From positions 1,657,376 to 1,721,375 of the forward strand of contig CAWCSR010000003.1 in the NCBI GenBank assembly GCA_963798285.1: a stretch of DNA of 64,000 bases, written 5' to 3'. Positions 36,011 to 44,889 of this stretch are shown piece after piece (within the stretch, counting starts at the first letter, position 1; each line of letters begins with the position of its first letter). This DNA comes from an uncultured Thermoleophilia bacterium. Lineage in GTDB: Bacteria > Actinomycetota > Thermoleophilia > UBA2241. The position numbers and the translations under genes are program-made. The notes beneath the pieces are model-generated. The model had not been told where the DNA came from. It searched no databases and saw only the letters and a list, made by a program, of their open reading frames with translations.

Positions 36011-36078
36011 CCTCAGAACGCGCCCCACTGCTGCTGCCCGGGGATGTAGTAGCTCGGGCAGATGAAGCGGAACATGTT
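35983..36078. repeat. dispersed repeat, partner of 33964-34060
   Basis: A 50-bp identical core (CCACTGCTGCTGCCCGGGGATGTAGTAGCTCGGGCAGATGAAGCGGAA) occurs at 34004-34053 and 36023-36072, with diverged flanks alignable for about 40 nt upstream. Confidence 0.85.
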
Positions 36079-36537
36079 GGCGACCCTGTGCGCACGCGCC
36101 AGCTGCTCCTCCGTCTCCGCGTGCTCGGCGGCGAGCTGGCCGCCGAAGGCGTCCGTGAAGACGGCATCGGCAGCGGCGCGGCGATCCTCGTCGGTCTCGA
36201 AGTCGGTCCGGATGGTGCGCAGTTCACCTGGGTCGAGCCAGTAGCCGCCGCACTCGGGGCACTCGTCCACCGTCACGTCGCGCTTGACGCTGAAGAAGTG
36301 CCGCTTGAGCTGGATCTTGTCGGCGCACTGCGGGCAGTGGAGCGGCCCCGGGTCGACGGTGACGCCGGGCCGCCGCACAAAGCCGAGCAGCGTGTCGCCC
36401 GCATCCTTGGGCTCGTCGAAGCGCTGCAGCTCCATCCAGCTGAACCAGATGCCGCCGCAGCCGTCCTTGCAGACGTCGACGCTCACGCCCCCGGCCTCGA
36501 CTGGGCTCAGCGTGTTGTGGCAGGCAGGACAATCCAT
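36013..36537 (-). CDS. TFIIB-type zinc-ribbon (zf-TFIIB) domain protein
   Basis: Two CPxC...C..CGG(I/Y)W(F/L)D modules (MDCPACHNTL...CKDGCGGIWFS; LHCPQCADKI...CPECGGYWLDPGEL) followed by a helical tail. Confidence 0.75.
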   Translation of the reverse strand: MDCPACHNTLSPVEAGGVSVDVCKDGCGGIWFSWMELQRFDEPKDAGDTLLGFVRRPGVTVDPGPLHCPQCADKIQLKRHFFSVKRDVTVDECPECGGYWLDPGELRTIRTDFETDEDRRAAADAVFTDAFGGQLAAEHAETEEQLARAHRVANMFRFICPSYYIPGQQQWGAF

Positions 36538-36716
36538 GAACGACCCCTTTCAACGTCGTGCAGCTTGTCACCGGACTCCATCGGCCCGTAAGCGAGGTTG
36601 CCTGAGCGGCGTGGGTGCGGATGATCGGCCGCCCCGAAGTCGAGTGCGTCAGCGGGCTTCCGGCGAGCATAATCGCGTCCGTTCACCGGGCCAAGGGCGA
36701 GGGATAGGATGTCTCC

Positions 36717-37223
36717 GTGATGCACATCCGCCCGATGACAGAAGCCGACGCCGAAGAGGTCTCGGCGCTCATTCTCCGCAGCTATGACCGCATACTCGTC
36801 CACTACCACTCGCCCGAGATGCTTACGCGCTTCCGCGAGCACGCGACGCCCGAGTCCCTGGTCGAGCAGCTCGGGCGCAAGGAAGTCCTCGTCGTCGAGG
36901 ATGCCGGCCGCATCGTCGCCGTCGGCGGCCTGGGTTGGTTCGACGACCCGCAGGTGCCGCGCGATGACCAGGCGGAGGTCTACGAGGACGCCTCTGACCG
37001 GCGCGTCACCAACCTCTTCGTCGCCGTCGACGTCATAGGCCGCGGCATCGGTCGCCGGCTGCTCGACCACCTCGTCGCGCTGGCGCAGCAGGAGGGCACG
37101 GTGCGGCTCCACGCGGCCAGCAGCCGCAACGCGGTCAACTTCTACGAGCGAGCCGGCTTCGCCCTCGATCCCGACCCGCCGACCGACATCCCGGAGATAA
37201 CCTGGCTGCTCAGGCGTCTGTAA
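36717..37223 (+). CDS. GNAT family N-acetyltransferase
   Basis: Acetyl-CoA motif LFVAVDVIGRGIGRRLLDHLVALAQQEG and C-terminal NAVNFYERAGF. Confidence 0.85.
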   Translation: MMHIRPMTEADAEEVSALILRSYDRILVHYHSPEMLTRFREHATPESLVEQLGRKEVLVVEDAGRIVAVGGLGWFDDPQVPRDDQAEVYEDASDRRVTNLFVAVDVIGRGIGRRLLDHLVALAQQEGTVRLHAASSRNAVNFYERAGFALDPDPPTDIPEITWLLRRL

Positions 37224-37453
37224 CGCCCTCGGCCGGGACGCCGCCCGCCCTGTTTGCATCCCACGAAAGGCATAGTGGTAAGGTGGGTCGCGTGGCTTTT
37301 CCGCTGCTCCGGGGAGGGAGCGCCGCGCTGAGGAGGCGATGAGGCATCCGTGACGAGAGGCCCGTCAGGCCCGGCTGGAACACGCACCCACCCCCCAGTA
37401 CCTTCACGCCGGCTTCGGCGATCGCCCGCGCAATAACGAAGGAGGATGTCCGC

Positions 37454-38878
37454 ATGACCCTGTCCATCGGCGCACCTCGCATCCGCACGCTGCTGCTCGC
37501 CACCGTGGTGCTGGCCCTGCCGCTTCTGGCGGGGGTCGCCGCGCCGGCGGCACGCGCCGCAGCGCTGCCGCTCGTCTGGAGCGGGACGCTGTCGTCCGCG
37601 GGTAGCGCCGGCTTCACCTCGATCGCGACCGGTCCGGACGGCGCCGTGTACGCCGCCGGCTACGCCGAGAAGGACAACGACAGCAACGCGAGTCGCCTGC
37701 TGCTCGTGAAGTACGTCGATGCAGGCGAAACGATGAGCCAAGCGTGGATGGCGACACCGCCGGGCGCAGAGATGACCGCCGCCAAGGTCGCCGTCGATCC
37801 CTCCGGCAACGTGATCGTCGCCGGCACAAAGGGGCCGATGGCGTTTCACGGCCCGGGCAGCGACATCGTCGTCCTCAAATTCTCCCCGGCCGGCGACCTG
37901 CTGTGGAAGGCGACTTACGACGGCGCCCCACAACTCTCGGATTACGTGAAGGACCTTGCACTCGACGCCCACGGCAACGTTGTCGTGGTCGGCGCTTCCG
38001 CCCGCGGCCGTACCGGTCGCGACTATGTCACCGTCAAGTTCTTCGCAGGCGGCTCACGCGCCTGGGCTCGCCTGTATGCCGGACCCAGCGACTTCGACGA
38101 GGCGCGCAGCGTCGCCGTCGACCCCAGAGGCAACGTGTACGTGACCGGTGAGTCGCGCGTCCCCGCTAGCAAACCGGGAGTATCCGGGCCGCTGCGGGTC
38201 GTCACGATCAGCTACAGCAAGACCGGAGCACGCCGCTGGATCATCCTGGGCGGTCGCGGCTCGCAGAGCGGCGGGTCTGCGGTCATGTACTGCGGCGTCC
38301 AGAACGCTGTGGGCGTCGTGGTCGCCGGCTGGCGATACTCGGGGAGCCCGGCGTTCGGGCATGACTTCTTCGCCAAGTACGCCCTCAACGGCCACCTGCT
38401 CTGGTCGCGGACGCTCGGCGCAGGTACCCGCTCTGACGAGTGGCCTTCTGCCGCCGCCCTCGACGGGACCGGCGCCCCCATCGCCGCCGGCAGTCGCAAC
38501 AAGACCGGCGCGATGCAAGGCTGGCTGGCAGGCACCTCCGCGACCGGCCGCGCCATATGGCACAGCTCGTTCACCAGCGCGTTCACGAACCCCAGCTGGG
38601 CTGAGTTCGGCTCGGTGGCCGCGGCAGCCGACGGGCGCGTGCTCGCCGCCGGCGAGACCGCATCCGGCGAGCCGGCGGACATGGACATCCCGACGACGTT
38701 CCTCGTCCGGTACAGCCCCGGCTGGCCGGTGACGGCGCCGCTTGACTACGTCGGCGCCGGGAGCGCGGGCACGGCGGACACCTGCACAGCCGTCGCCATC
38801 GGTTCCGCCGGCATGTACGCCGTCGGTCGCCAGGGCAGTATAGGCGGCGACTCAGTCGCGGTGATCCTCAAGTTCTAG
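37454..38878 (+). CDS. secreted SBBP beta-propeller repeat protein (paralogue 1)
   Basis: Signal peptide MTLSIGAPRIRTLLLATVVLALPLLAGVAAPAARA. Repeated D..GNV.V.G...G..D..V.K motifs (PF06739-like). Confidence 0.8.
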   Translation: MTLSIGAPRIRTLLLATVVLALPLLAGVAAPAARAAALPLVWSGTLSSAGSAGFTSIATGPDGAVYAAGYAEKDNDSNASRLLLVKYVDAGETMSQAWMATPPGAEMTAAKVAVDPSGNVIVAGTKGPMAFHGPGSDIVVLKFSPAGDLLWKATYDGAPQLSDYVKDLALDAHGNVVVVGASARGRTGRDYVTVKFFAGGSRAWARLYAGPSDFDEARSVAVDPRGNVYVTGESRVPASKPGVSGPLRVVTISYSKTGARRWIILGGRGSQSGGSAVMYCGVQNAVGVVVAGWRYSGSPAFGHDFFAKYALNGHLLWSRTLGAGTRSDEWPSAAALDGTGAPIAAGSRNKTGAMQGWLAGTSATGRAIWHSSFTSAFTNPSWAEFGSVAAAADGRVLAAGETASGEPADMDIPTTFLVRYSPGWPVTAPLDYVGAGSAGTADTCTAVAIGSAGMYAVGRQGSIGGDSVAVILKF

Positions 38879-38941
38879 GCGAGCTGACGACCGCATCCGG
38901 CGGGGCGACGAAGATCTGGCCGCGGCGTCACTGACGAAAGA

Positions 38942-38976
38942 GGGGCGGGAGGCCAGGCACCAGAGCCTCCCGCCCC
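38942..38976 (+). terminator. GC-rich hairpin after SBBP paralogue 1
   Basis: GGGGCGGGAGGC-N11-GCCTCCCGCCCC, a perfect 12-bp stem 64 nt after the stop. There is no T-tract. Confidence 0.45.
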
Positions 38977-39030
38977 GCATCTCCGAGCGAATCCATCGAA
39001 GACGCGAGCGGCGCTCCGCCGTCCAATAGG

Positions 39031-39651
39031 ATGGAGCGAACGGGGGAGGCGCTGGTGCGTGATCAAAGCGCGACCGGGACGGAGATCTCGTCGGCTGTCC
39101 TCGCCGCCGCTCGCGCCGGCGACCCGGACGCATTCACCGGCGTGGTGGAGCACTACGATGCACGCCTGCGCGTCCTCGCGTTCCACTTGCTCGGCGACCC
39201 GCACCAGACGGACGACGCCTTGCAGGACGTCTACGTGAAGGCCTTCCGAGCCCTGCCCGACTTCGCCGGCCGGGCGGCGCTCGGCACCTGGCTCAGCCGC
39301 ATCACCTACACGACCTGTATCGACCACCTGCGGCGGCGGGCTCGTCTGGTTCTCGTGCCGGATCTCGAACCCGAACAGCAGCCGCCCGACGGCCCCGATC
39401 CGACAGACGACGTCTCGGACCGCGGCCTCGTGCGTGACACGCTGCGACGACTACCACCGGAGCAGCGGGCGGTCGTCGTGCTCGTCGGGGTACAGGGGCT
39501 CGACTATGAACAGGCGGCGGAGATCCTCGGCGTCCCGAGCGGGACCGTCGCCTCGCGGCTCTCCACCGCCCGCAGGATCCTGAGAAGCGCACTTCGCGGC
39601 GACGATGACTCACTGCTGGCCAACGGCACCACCGAGGAGGTCTCGTCATGA
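39031..39651 (+). CDS. ECF (sigma-70 family) RNA polymerase sigma factor
   Basis: Region 2 (DDALQDVYVKAFRALPDF...WLSRITYTTCIDHLRRR) and region 4 (LPPEQRAVVVLVGVQGLDYEQAAEILGVPSGTVASRLSTARRIL). Confidence 0.9.
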   Translation: MERTGEALVRDQSATGTEISSAVLAAARAGDPDAFTGVVEHYDARLRVLAFHLLGDPHQTDDALQDVYVKAFRALPDFAGRAALGTWLSRITYTTCIDHLRRRARLVLVPDLEPEQQPPDGPDPTDDVSDRGLVRDTLRRLPPEQRAVVVLVGVQGLDYEQAAEILGVPSGTVASRLSTARRILRSALRGDDDSLLANGTTEEVSS

Positions 39652-41183
39652 CCGACGAACGCCGGGCGCCCGACGACCCGCGCGCAGACCGGGAGCTCTG
39701 GGACCTCGTGGCCGCCGTCCCGGTGCCCGCAGCCGGCGCTGACTTCCTGCCGCGACTGCGGGAATGCTTCGAGCAGAACGGGGTGACCACGCTCCCAGCC
39801 GGTGCCCGCAGCCGCCACAGACTGCGGCGGCTGCTCGTCGGCTTCGCGGCCGTGGCCGCGGTGGCCGCGGTCGTCGCCCTGACCGTCCTGCCGGCCATGC
39901 GCGGCACCCCGACGGCGACCGCCGCCGACATGCTGGCGTCCATGAGCGGCGCCTCCGGCGGAGTCCATGTCGTGCGCCTGTCCGTCAAGGAGGGCGTGAT
40001 CGGGCCCGGCGCCTCCCCATCGCCCGTTCAGGGTTCCGGCGTTGCGAACGAAGAACTCATCATCAGCACCGTGGGCGACGTCCGACACACCACTTGGGAA
40101 CGACACAAGGCGATGGCCGGCCGTCCGGCCGTCACGACCTACGACTACTGGACCTACGACGAGCGGCGACACGAGATGATGAGCCTGGGGACGGTCGTGC
40201 CGGATGACGGCAACAGCGTGCTCGCCATCGAGCGTCCGAGCTGGGGCTCGGACATCTGGGAGTCGTGGCCGTACGCGAACATCCAGGCCCTCGCCGGCGC
40301 CGTCCGCGCAAGGCTCGCGGAGGGCGACCCCGACGCTCCGGTCACCGAGACCACCTACCTCGGGCGGCCGGCCTGGCACGCCGACCTGACGGAACGGCTC
40401 CCGGGCAACAGCACCCATCCGCATGGTCTCTTCGCCACGTGGAGCGTCACGGTGGACAAGGCCACCGGGCTGCTGATGAGGAGCGACTACGGTATGAAGT
40501 CCGGCACGGAGCAGCCGGGCGCCGCGACAATGTCATTCTGGGTGACAGGGATCGAGATCGATCCGAAGCTCCCCGAAGGCTGGCAACGCATCTCGCAGTC
40601 CGGCCAAGAGCGGATCGGCATCTACGACCGAGGGACGCGCTTCGGTACGCCCGAGTCGGTCGCCAGGCGCGCATGGCCGACGCTGGTCCTCATTCCCCAG
40701 CGAGTCCCGGCCGGCTACCGGCTGACGGATGTCGCGACCACATACTTCGACGGCATGAAGACGTCGCCCCGGACCAGGAGTCATCTCGTCTACCTGTCGT
40801 ACCGCCACCCGCACAAGTACCACTGGGTGATGACCTCGGTGGATGCGTCCGTGCAGAGGGTTGTCGTGCGCTATCGCCGCGGGTTCTCCACGTTCGTCAT
40901 CGATATCAGACCACTCGGCAGCCGAAACGCGGTGCCCGGCTCTTCCAGTGGGCTCATCGGCGGGGCCGATGTCACGCTCACAGCCGGCTATCTCAAGGGG
41001 AAGCATGCGAGCGTGTCCATCTCTCCCAACCTCGCCTCGGGCCCGGCACTCGCGACACGCAGCGACCGGTCCAAGATCACCATCAGCGGCGGCCTGACGC
41101 GCCAGGAGCTCATCGACGTCGCCAACTCACTCAAGGTCTATGGTGATGTCAACAAGCCGCTGCCTGCCGGCTACGGCGACTGA
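39648..41183 (+). CDS. putative anti-sigma factor / single-pass membrane protein with large extracytoplasmic domain
   Basis: ATGA overlap with the sigma gene. Short cytoplasmic N-terminus, one TM (LLVGFAAVAAVAAVVALTVL), then a ~420-aa external domain ending in a DUF4367-like VPAGYRLTDV block. Confidence 0.65.
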   Translation: MTDERRAPDDPRADRELWDLVAAVPVPAAGADFLPRLRECFEQNGVTTLPAGARSRHRLRRLLVGFAAVAAVAAVVALTVLPAMRGTPTATAADMLASMSGASGGVHVVRLSVKEGVIGPGASPSPVQGSGVANEELIISTVGDVRHTTWERHKAMAGRPAVTTYDYWTYDERRHEMMSLGTVVPDDGNSVLAIERPSWGSDIWESWPYANIQALAGAVRARLAEGDPDAPVTETTYLGRPAWHADLTERLPGNSTHPHGLFATWSVTVDKATGLLMRSDYGMKSGTEQPGAATMSFWVTGIEIDPKLPEGWQRISQSGQERIGIYDRGTRFGTPESVARRAWPTLVLIPQRVPAGYRLTDVATTYFDGMKTSPRTRSHLVYLSYRHPHKYHWVMTSVDASVQRVVVRYRRGFSTFVIDIRPLGSRNAVPGSSSGLIGGADVTLTAGYLKGKHASVSISPNLASGPALATRSDRSKITISGGLTRQELIDVANSLKVYGDVNKPLPAGYGD

Positions 41184-41210
41184 CCGCGCAACGATGAAGG
41201 AGGAGTCTCC

Positions 41211-42635
41211 ATGACCCTGTCCATCGGCGCCATACATGTCCGCACGATGCTCCTTGCAGCGGTGGTCCTCATGCTCCCGCTTGCGGCGGCGGTCGCCGCT
41301 CCGGCCGCACAGGCCGCACCGCTGCCGATGACGTGGTCGGACACCTACGGGACCGCGGCAAACGACGGCTTCAACACCGTGGCCACGGGCTCCGGCGGGA
41401 CTGTCTACGCCGCCGGCTCTGCAGGCGCGATCGCCTCGGGTGCCGGCGGTAAGTTGCTTCTGGCGCAGTACGTCGACACCGGCGCCACGATGAAGCGCGA
41501 ATGGGTGCGCACGTACAGTCGCCGAGGCTTCACCGCAGCTTCGGCAAGCAGGGTAGCCGTGGACCCGTGGGGAGACGTGATCGTCGCCGGCACGCTGGAC
41601 GTGCCGAGCCTCACGGGCAAGGGCAGCGACATCATCGTGCTCAAGTACTCTCCTGCCGGCGACCTCCTGTGGAAGACGGTCTATGACGGGCCTGCGCACC
41701 GGGACGATTACGTCAACGACCTGGCGCTTGACGCTCACGGCAGCGCGCTCGTGGTCGGCGCCTCGGTCGGCAGGGGCACCGGCCGCGACTATGTCACCCT
41801 CAAGTTGCGCGCCGGCGGATCCCGCGCCTGGGTCCGCCGCTACGCCGGACCCGAAGCCTTCGACGAAGCTCGCGGCGTTGCCGTCGACGCCAAGGGCAAC
41901 GTCTACGTCACCGGCTGGTCCAACGATAGATCACGTACGCGTCGCGCGCAGACCATCTGCTACAGCCCTGCCGGGGCGAAGCGATGGGCGGTGCGCGACA
42001 CGAAGGCACACGCCTGGAGCGGCGCTGCAGCGGTCATGTACAGCGACGTGGCCGGCGCACGGGGCGTCGTCATCTCTGGATACCGGGGGGACCGGAAGAC
42101 GGGGGACGAGAGCCTGTGGTTCGCGAAGTACCGCGCCTCCGACGGCAAGGCCGTCTGGCAGCGGTCATCCCCCAACGGCGCGACGGCAGAGCCTGCGGCG
42201 GCGGCCATCGACGCCACCGGCGCGCCGGTGGCGGCCGGGATGAGCAACCACAGCGGAGGCATCGAGGCCTACATCGGGGGCGTCTCGGCGAGCGGCGACC
42301 ACGCCTGGAGCAGCGCCATTGCCAGCGGGTTCACCAACCCCGGCTGGGCTGAGTTCGACGACGTGGCCGTGAGCCCCGCCGGCGCCGTCCTGGCCGGCGG
42401 CTGGGCGCAGGTGGCCGAGCCCCCGAAGGACCTGTACGACTACATCCCGAGCGGGTTCCTCGTCCGCTACAGCCCGGCGTGGCCGATCACGGCACCGCTC
42501 GACTATGTCGGTCCCGGGAGCGCGACGAGCAGGAGTAAGTGCACAGCGGTCGCCATCGGGGCGAAGGGGATGTACGCCGTCGGCGAGAAGACCGCAGCTG
42601 CCGGCGACCTGGACGCGGTGCTGCTGAGGTTCTAG
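41211..42635 (+). CDS. secreted SBBP beta-propeller repeat protein (paralogue 2)
   Basis: Same length (474 aa) as 37454-38878 and colinear with it, identical in roughly half or more of positions by eye. The first five codons and about 25 nt of 5' leader are also conserved. Confidence 0.8.
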   Translation: MTLSIGAIHVRTMLLAAVVLMLPLAAAVAAPAAQAAPLPMTWSDTYGTAANDGFNTVATGSGGTVYAAGSAGAIASGAGGKLLLAQYVDTGATMKREWVRTYSRRGFTAASASRVAVDPWGDVIVAGTLDVPSLTGKGSDIIVLKYSPAGDLLWKTVYDGPAHRDDYVNDLALDAHGSALVVGASVGRGTGRDYVTLKLRAGGSRAWVRRYAGPEAFDEARGVAVDAKGNVYVTGWSNDRSRTRRAQTICYSPAGAKRWAVRDTKAHAWSGAAAVMYSDVAGARGVVISGYRGDRKTGDESLWFAKYRASDGKAVWQRSSPNGATAEPAAAAIDATGAPVAAGMSNHSGGIEAYIGGVSASGDHAWSSAIASGFTNPGWAEFDDVAVSPAGAVLAGGWAQVAEPPKDLYDYIPSGFLVRYSPAWPITAPLDYVGPGSATSRSKCTAVAIGAKGMYAVGEKTAAAGDLDAVLLRF

Positions 42636-42645
42636 AGCGAAGCGA

Positions 42646-42676
42646 AGGCCGCGCGGCCCGCAGCGGGTCGCGGCCT
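42646..42676. terminator. hairpin between convergent genes
   Basis: AGGCCGCG-N15-CGCGGCCT between the stops at 42635 (+) and 42678 (-). Confidence 0.35.
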
Positions 42677-42677
42677 G

Positions 42678-43202
42678 CTAGCGTCCGTAGCCCTCGGCGT
42701 AGCGGACGCAGAGGTCCACGTAGATCTGCTTGAAGCGGCGCCAGTCGGCCTTGTACGCCTCGTCGACCTCACGGTCCAGGAGGCGCGCCGGGACTCCGGC
42801 GGCGATCTTCGCCGCCGGCACCACGGCGCGTTGCCGCACCACGGCTCCTTCGGCGACGACCGCCCACTCGCCGAGCTCGGCCCAGTCGCTCACCACGGCG
42901 TTCATCCCGACCACGGCGTAGTCGCCGAGCAGCTTCACGTTGTGGACGACGCAGCCGTGCCCGAGCGTCACCCAGTCGCCGATCGTGCACGTCTCGCCCG
43001 GTCGGGCGTGGATGACCGCGTTGTCCTCGACCGCGCAGCAGTCGCCCAGGACGATGGTGCCGTAGTCGCCGCGCAGACGGGCGCCCGGACCGATCCAGCA
43101 GCGGGCGCCGATGGTGACGTCGCCGATGACGTCGGCCGAAGGATGGATCCAGCAGCCGTCGCCGAGCCGGGGCGCCTTGCCCTCGAAGCTCTCGACGGTC
43201 AC
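42678..43202 (-). CDS. gamma carbonic anhydrase-like / hexapeptide-repeat (PaaY/CaiE-like) protein
   Basis: Left-handed beta-helix hexapeptide repeats (IHPSADVIGDVTIGARCWIGPGARLRGD...). Confidence 0.85.
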   Translation of the reverse strand: MTVESFEGKAPRLGDGCWIHPSADVIGDVTIGARCWIGPGARLRGDYGTIVLGDCCAVEDNAVIHARPGETCTIGDWVTLGHGCVVHNVKLLGDYAVVGMNAVVSDWAELGEWAVVAEGAVVRQRAVVPAAKIAAGVPARLLDREVDEAYKADWRRFKQIYVDLCVRYAEGYGR

Positions 43203-43203
43203 G

Positions 43204-43536
43204 TCAGGTGAGTCCCTCGGCGAGCTCCGCCTGCTGGGCGAGACCGCCGAGGAGGACGGCGCGCATGGTGTCGAGCGCCGAGATGACGCGGGCGTCGGAG
43301 AGCGTGTAGCGGATGCTGACGCCGTCGCGCTCGCCGTAAACCAGCCGCTGCTCCCGCAGCATCTTGAGGTGCCGCGACACCGTCGGCTGCGGCACCCTGA
43401 GCGCCTCAGTGAGCTCCGTGACCGTCTTCGGCCCCTCGTACAGCTCGTACAGGATGAGGATGCGCTTGGGGTCGGCCAGCGCCTGGCAGATGCTGGCGTG
43501 CAGCTGGTTCACTTCGCGTTCGAGGCGTTCTTCCAT
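43204..43536 (-). CDS. ArsR/SmtB family transcriptional regulator
   Basis: LADPKRILILYELYEGPKTVTELTEALRVPQPTVSRHLKMLREQRLV. Start at MEERLE. Confidence 0.88.
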   Translation of the reverse strand: MEERLEREVNQLHASICQALADPKRILILYELYEGPKTVTELTEALRVPQPTVSRHLKMLREQRLVYGERDGVSIRYTLSDARVISALDTMRAVLLGGLAQQAELAEGLT

Positions 43537-43638
43537 GATTCGATTGTCCGGCTGCGGGCCCCATGCCGTCAATTCGCAGGCACGGATCTCTCGTGCAGCG
43601 CGTCACAAACCCGACTAATCAGACTGCCTCTGTCTCGG

Positions 43639-43668
43639 TTGACTCGTCCATTCGGATAGGCGTATATA
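43639..43668 (+). promoter_or_regulatory. candidate sigma-70-type promoter of ArsR-1 (TTGACT-N18-TATATA), possibly giving a leaderless mRNA
   Basis: A consensus-like -35 and an AT-rich -10 in a GC-rich background. The -10 ends 7 nt before the ATG at 43676. The GTATATAA...ATGCAAAT motif is shared with the ArsR-2 start region. Confidence 0.4.
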
Positions 43669-43675
43669 AGTAAGT

Positions 43676-44092
43676 ATGCAAATTCACAAGCTCGCAAAGT
43701 CGTCCTCGCCGGAGGCCCAGACAGCGGACCTCAAGCCCCTCTTCCGCATGCACGCGGAGCTGTGCAAGGCCCTGGCCAACGAGCATCGTCAAGCCATCCT
43801 TCACGCCATCTGCACCGACGAGAAGTGCGTCGGCGACCTCGCCACCGAGATCGGCATCTCGGTCCACAACGTGTCGCAGCACCTGCGCGTGCTCAAGGAG
43901 CAACGGCTCGTGGCGTCACGCAAGGACGGCCACACGGTCTACTACCACGTGACCAACATGAAGTTCATCGAGGCCTGCACGCTCATGCGGCAGGCGCTGG
44001 TCGAACAGCACGTGGCCCAGGGCGAGTCCCTGCAGGCCGCCGAGCTGCTCGACCCCCAGCGGAGCAGCCCGACGCCCGTCGCGCCGGCGTAA
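43676..44092 (+). CDS. ArsR/SmtB family regulator (cluster 1)
   Basis: LFRMHAELCKALANEHRQAILHAI...VGDLATEIGISVHNVSQHLRVLKEQRLV. Paralogue of 58928-59341. Confidence 0.88.
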   Translation: MQIHKLAKSSSPEAQTADLKPLFRMHAELCKALANEHRQAILHAICTDEKCVGDLATEIGISVHNVSQHLRVLKEQRLVASRKDGHTVYYHVTNMKFIEACTLMRQALVEQHVAQGESLQAAELLDPQRSSPTPVAPA

Positions 44093-44195
44093 GACAAGCA
44101 AGAAGGAGCCAAGGGGAACGATCACACGTGTACCAGCAGGCGGACGACCACGTCGTCGCTTGAGAATGAAAACACAAGCACAAAAGGAGCATGAC

Positions 44196-44448
44196 ATGTC
44201 CGAAGACCTCGCCAACATCCAGGTGGAAAAGATCGTCGACGCGCGCGGCACCTCGTGCCCCGGCCCCATCCTCGCGGCCAAGAAGGGCATCCCCAGCGTC
44301 TCCGTGGGCGGGGTCATGGAAGTCCAGGCGACCGACATCGGGCACGACCAAGGACCTCCCCGCATGGTCCAAGAAGATGGGCCATGAGTACCTCGGCGTG
44401 GTCGAGGAGCCGGGCTACATGCGCCTCTTCGTGAAGAAGATGAAGTGA
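44196..44448 (+). pseudogene. tusA: TusA/SirA-family sulfur carrier (cluster 1), frame disrupted near 44348
   Basis: MSEDLANIQVEKIVDARGTSCPGPILAAKK...EVQATDIGHD lies in frame 0, then KDLPAWSKKMGHEYLGVVEEPGYMRLFVKKMK in frame +1. Removing one C gives a protein colinear with the intact paralogue at 58586-58843. Confidence 0.8.
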
Positions 44449-44889
44449 CCATGACCGAGACCACGGTAACCGAGGACCAGGCGTACTCGCCGCGTATCCT
44501 GGTCTTCAGCACCAACAACATCTCCGACCCGGGCATCGACCTGGCGGGCAGCTCGCACATGCACTACTCGCCGAACGTCATGGTGATCAGCGTGCCGTGC
44601 ACGAGCGGCATCAAGCCCAGCTGGATCCTCTACGCCATGGAGCAGGGCTTCGACGGCGTCTTCATCGCCGCCGACGGCGAGGAGTGCGCGCTACCTCCCG
44701 GATTGCGGCGAGCGCACCGCCGGCATCATGACCGATGCCCAGGATCTGCTGGTCGAGAAGGGCTACGAGCCGCAGCGCGTCCGCATGGCCGCCATCTGCT
44801 CGGTCTGCGCCGAGCCCTTCACCAAATACATGCACGAGTACTCGAGGTCCCTGGCCGATCTGGGACCGTCCCGGAAGGCGACCGCATGA
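44445..44889 (+). pseudogene. MvhD/FlpD-family hydrogenase-type iron-sulfur subunit-like protein (cluster 1), frame disrupted near 44689
   Basis: RILVFSTNNISDPGIDLAGSSHMHYSPNVMVISVPCTSGIKPSWILYAMEQGFDGVFIAADGEEC, then in the +1 frame RYLPDCGERTAG...RVRMAAICSVCAEPFTKYM to TGA 44887-44889. GTGA overlap with tusA and ATGA overlap with the next gene. Confidence 0.75.

Noticed and set aside
37340-37400. GGAAC-containing sequence upstream of SBBP paralogue 1 as an ECF-dependent promoter.
   Set aside because: No convincing -10 (CGTC-like) lies at 16-17 nt spacing. No matching element was found upstream of the sigma gene or paralogue 2, so it cannot be supported by eye.
44160-44195. Upstream ATG at 44160 (MRMKTQAQKEHD...) as the tusA start.
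   Set aside because: AAAAGGAGC sits 5-6 nt before the ATG at 44196. The paralogue at 58586-58843 has no such extension, so 44196 is preferred.
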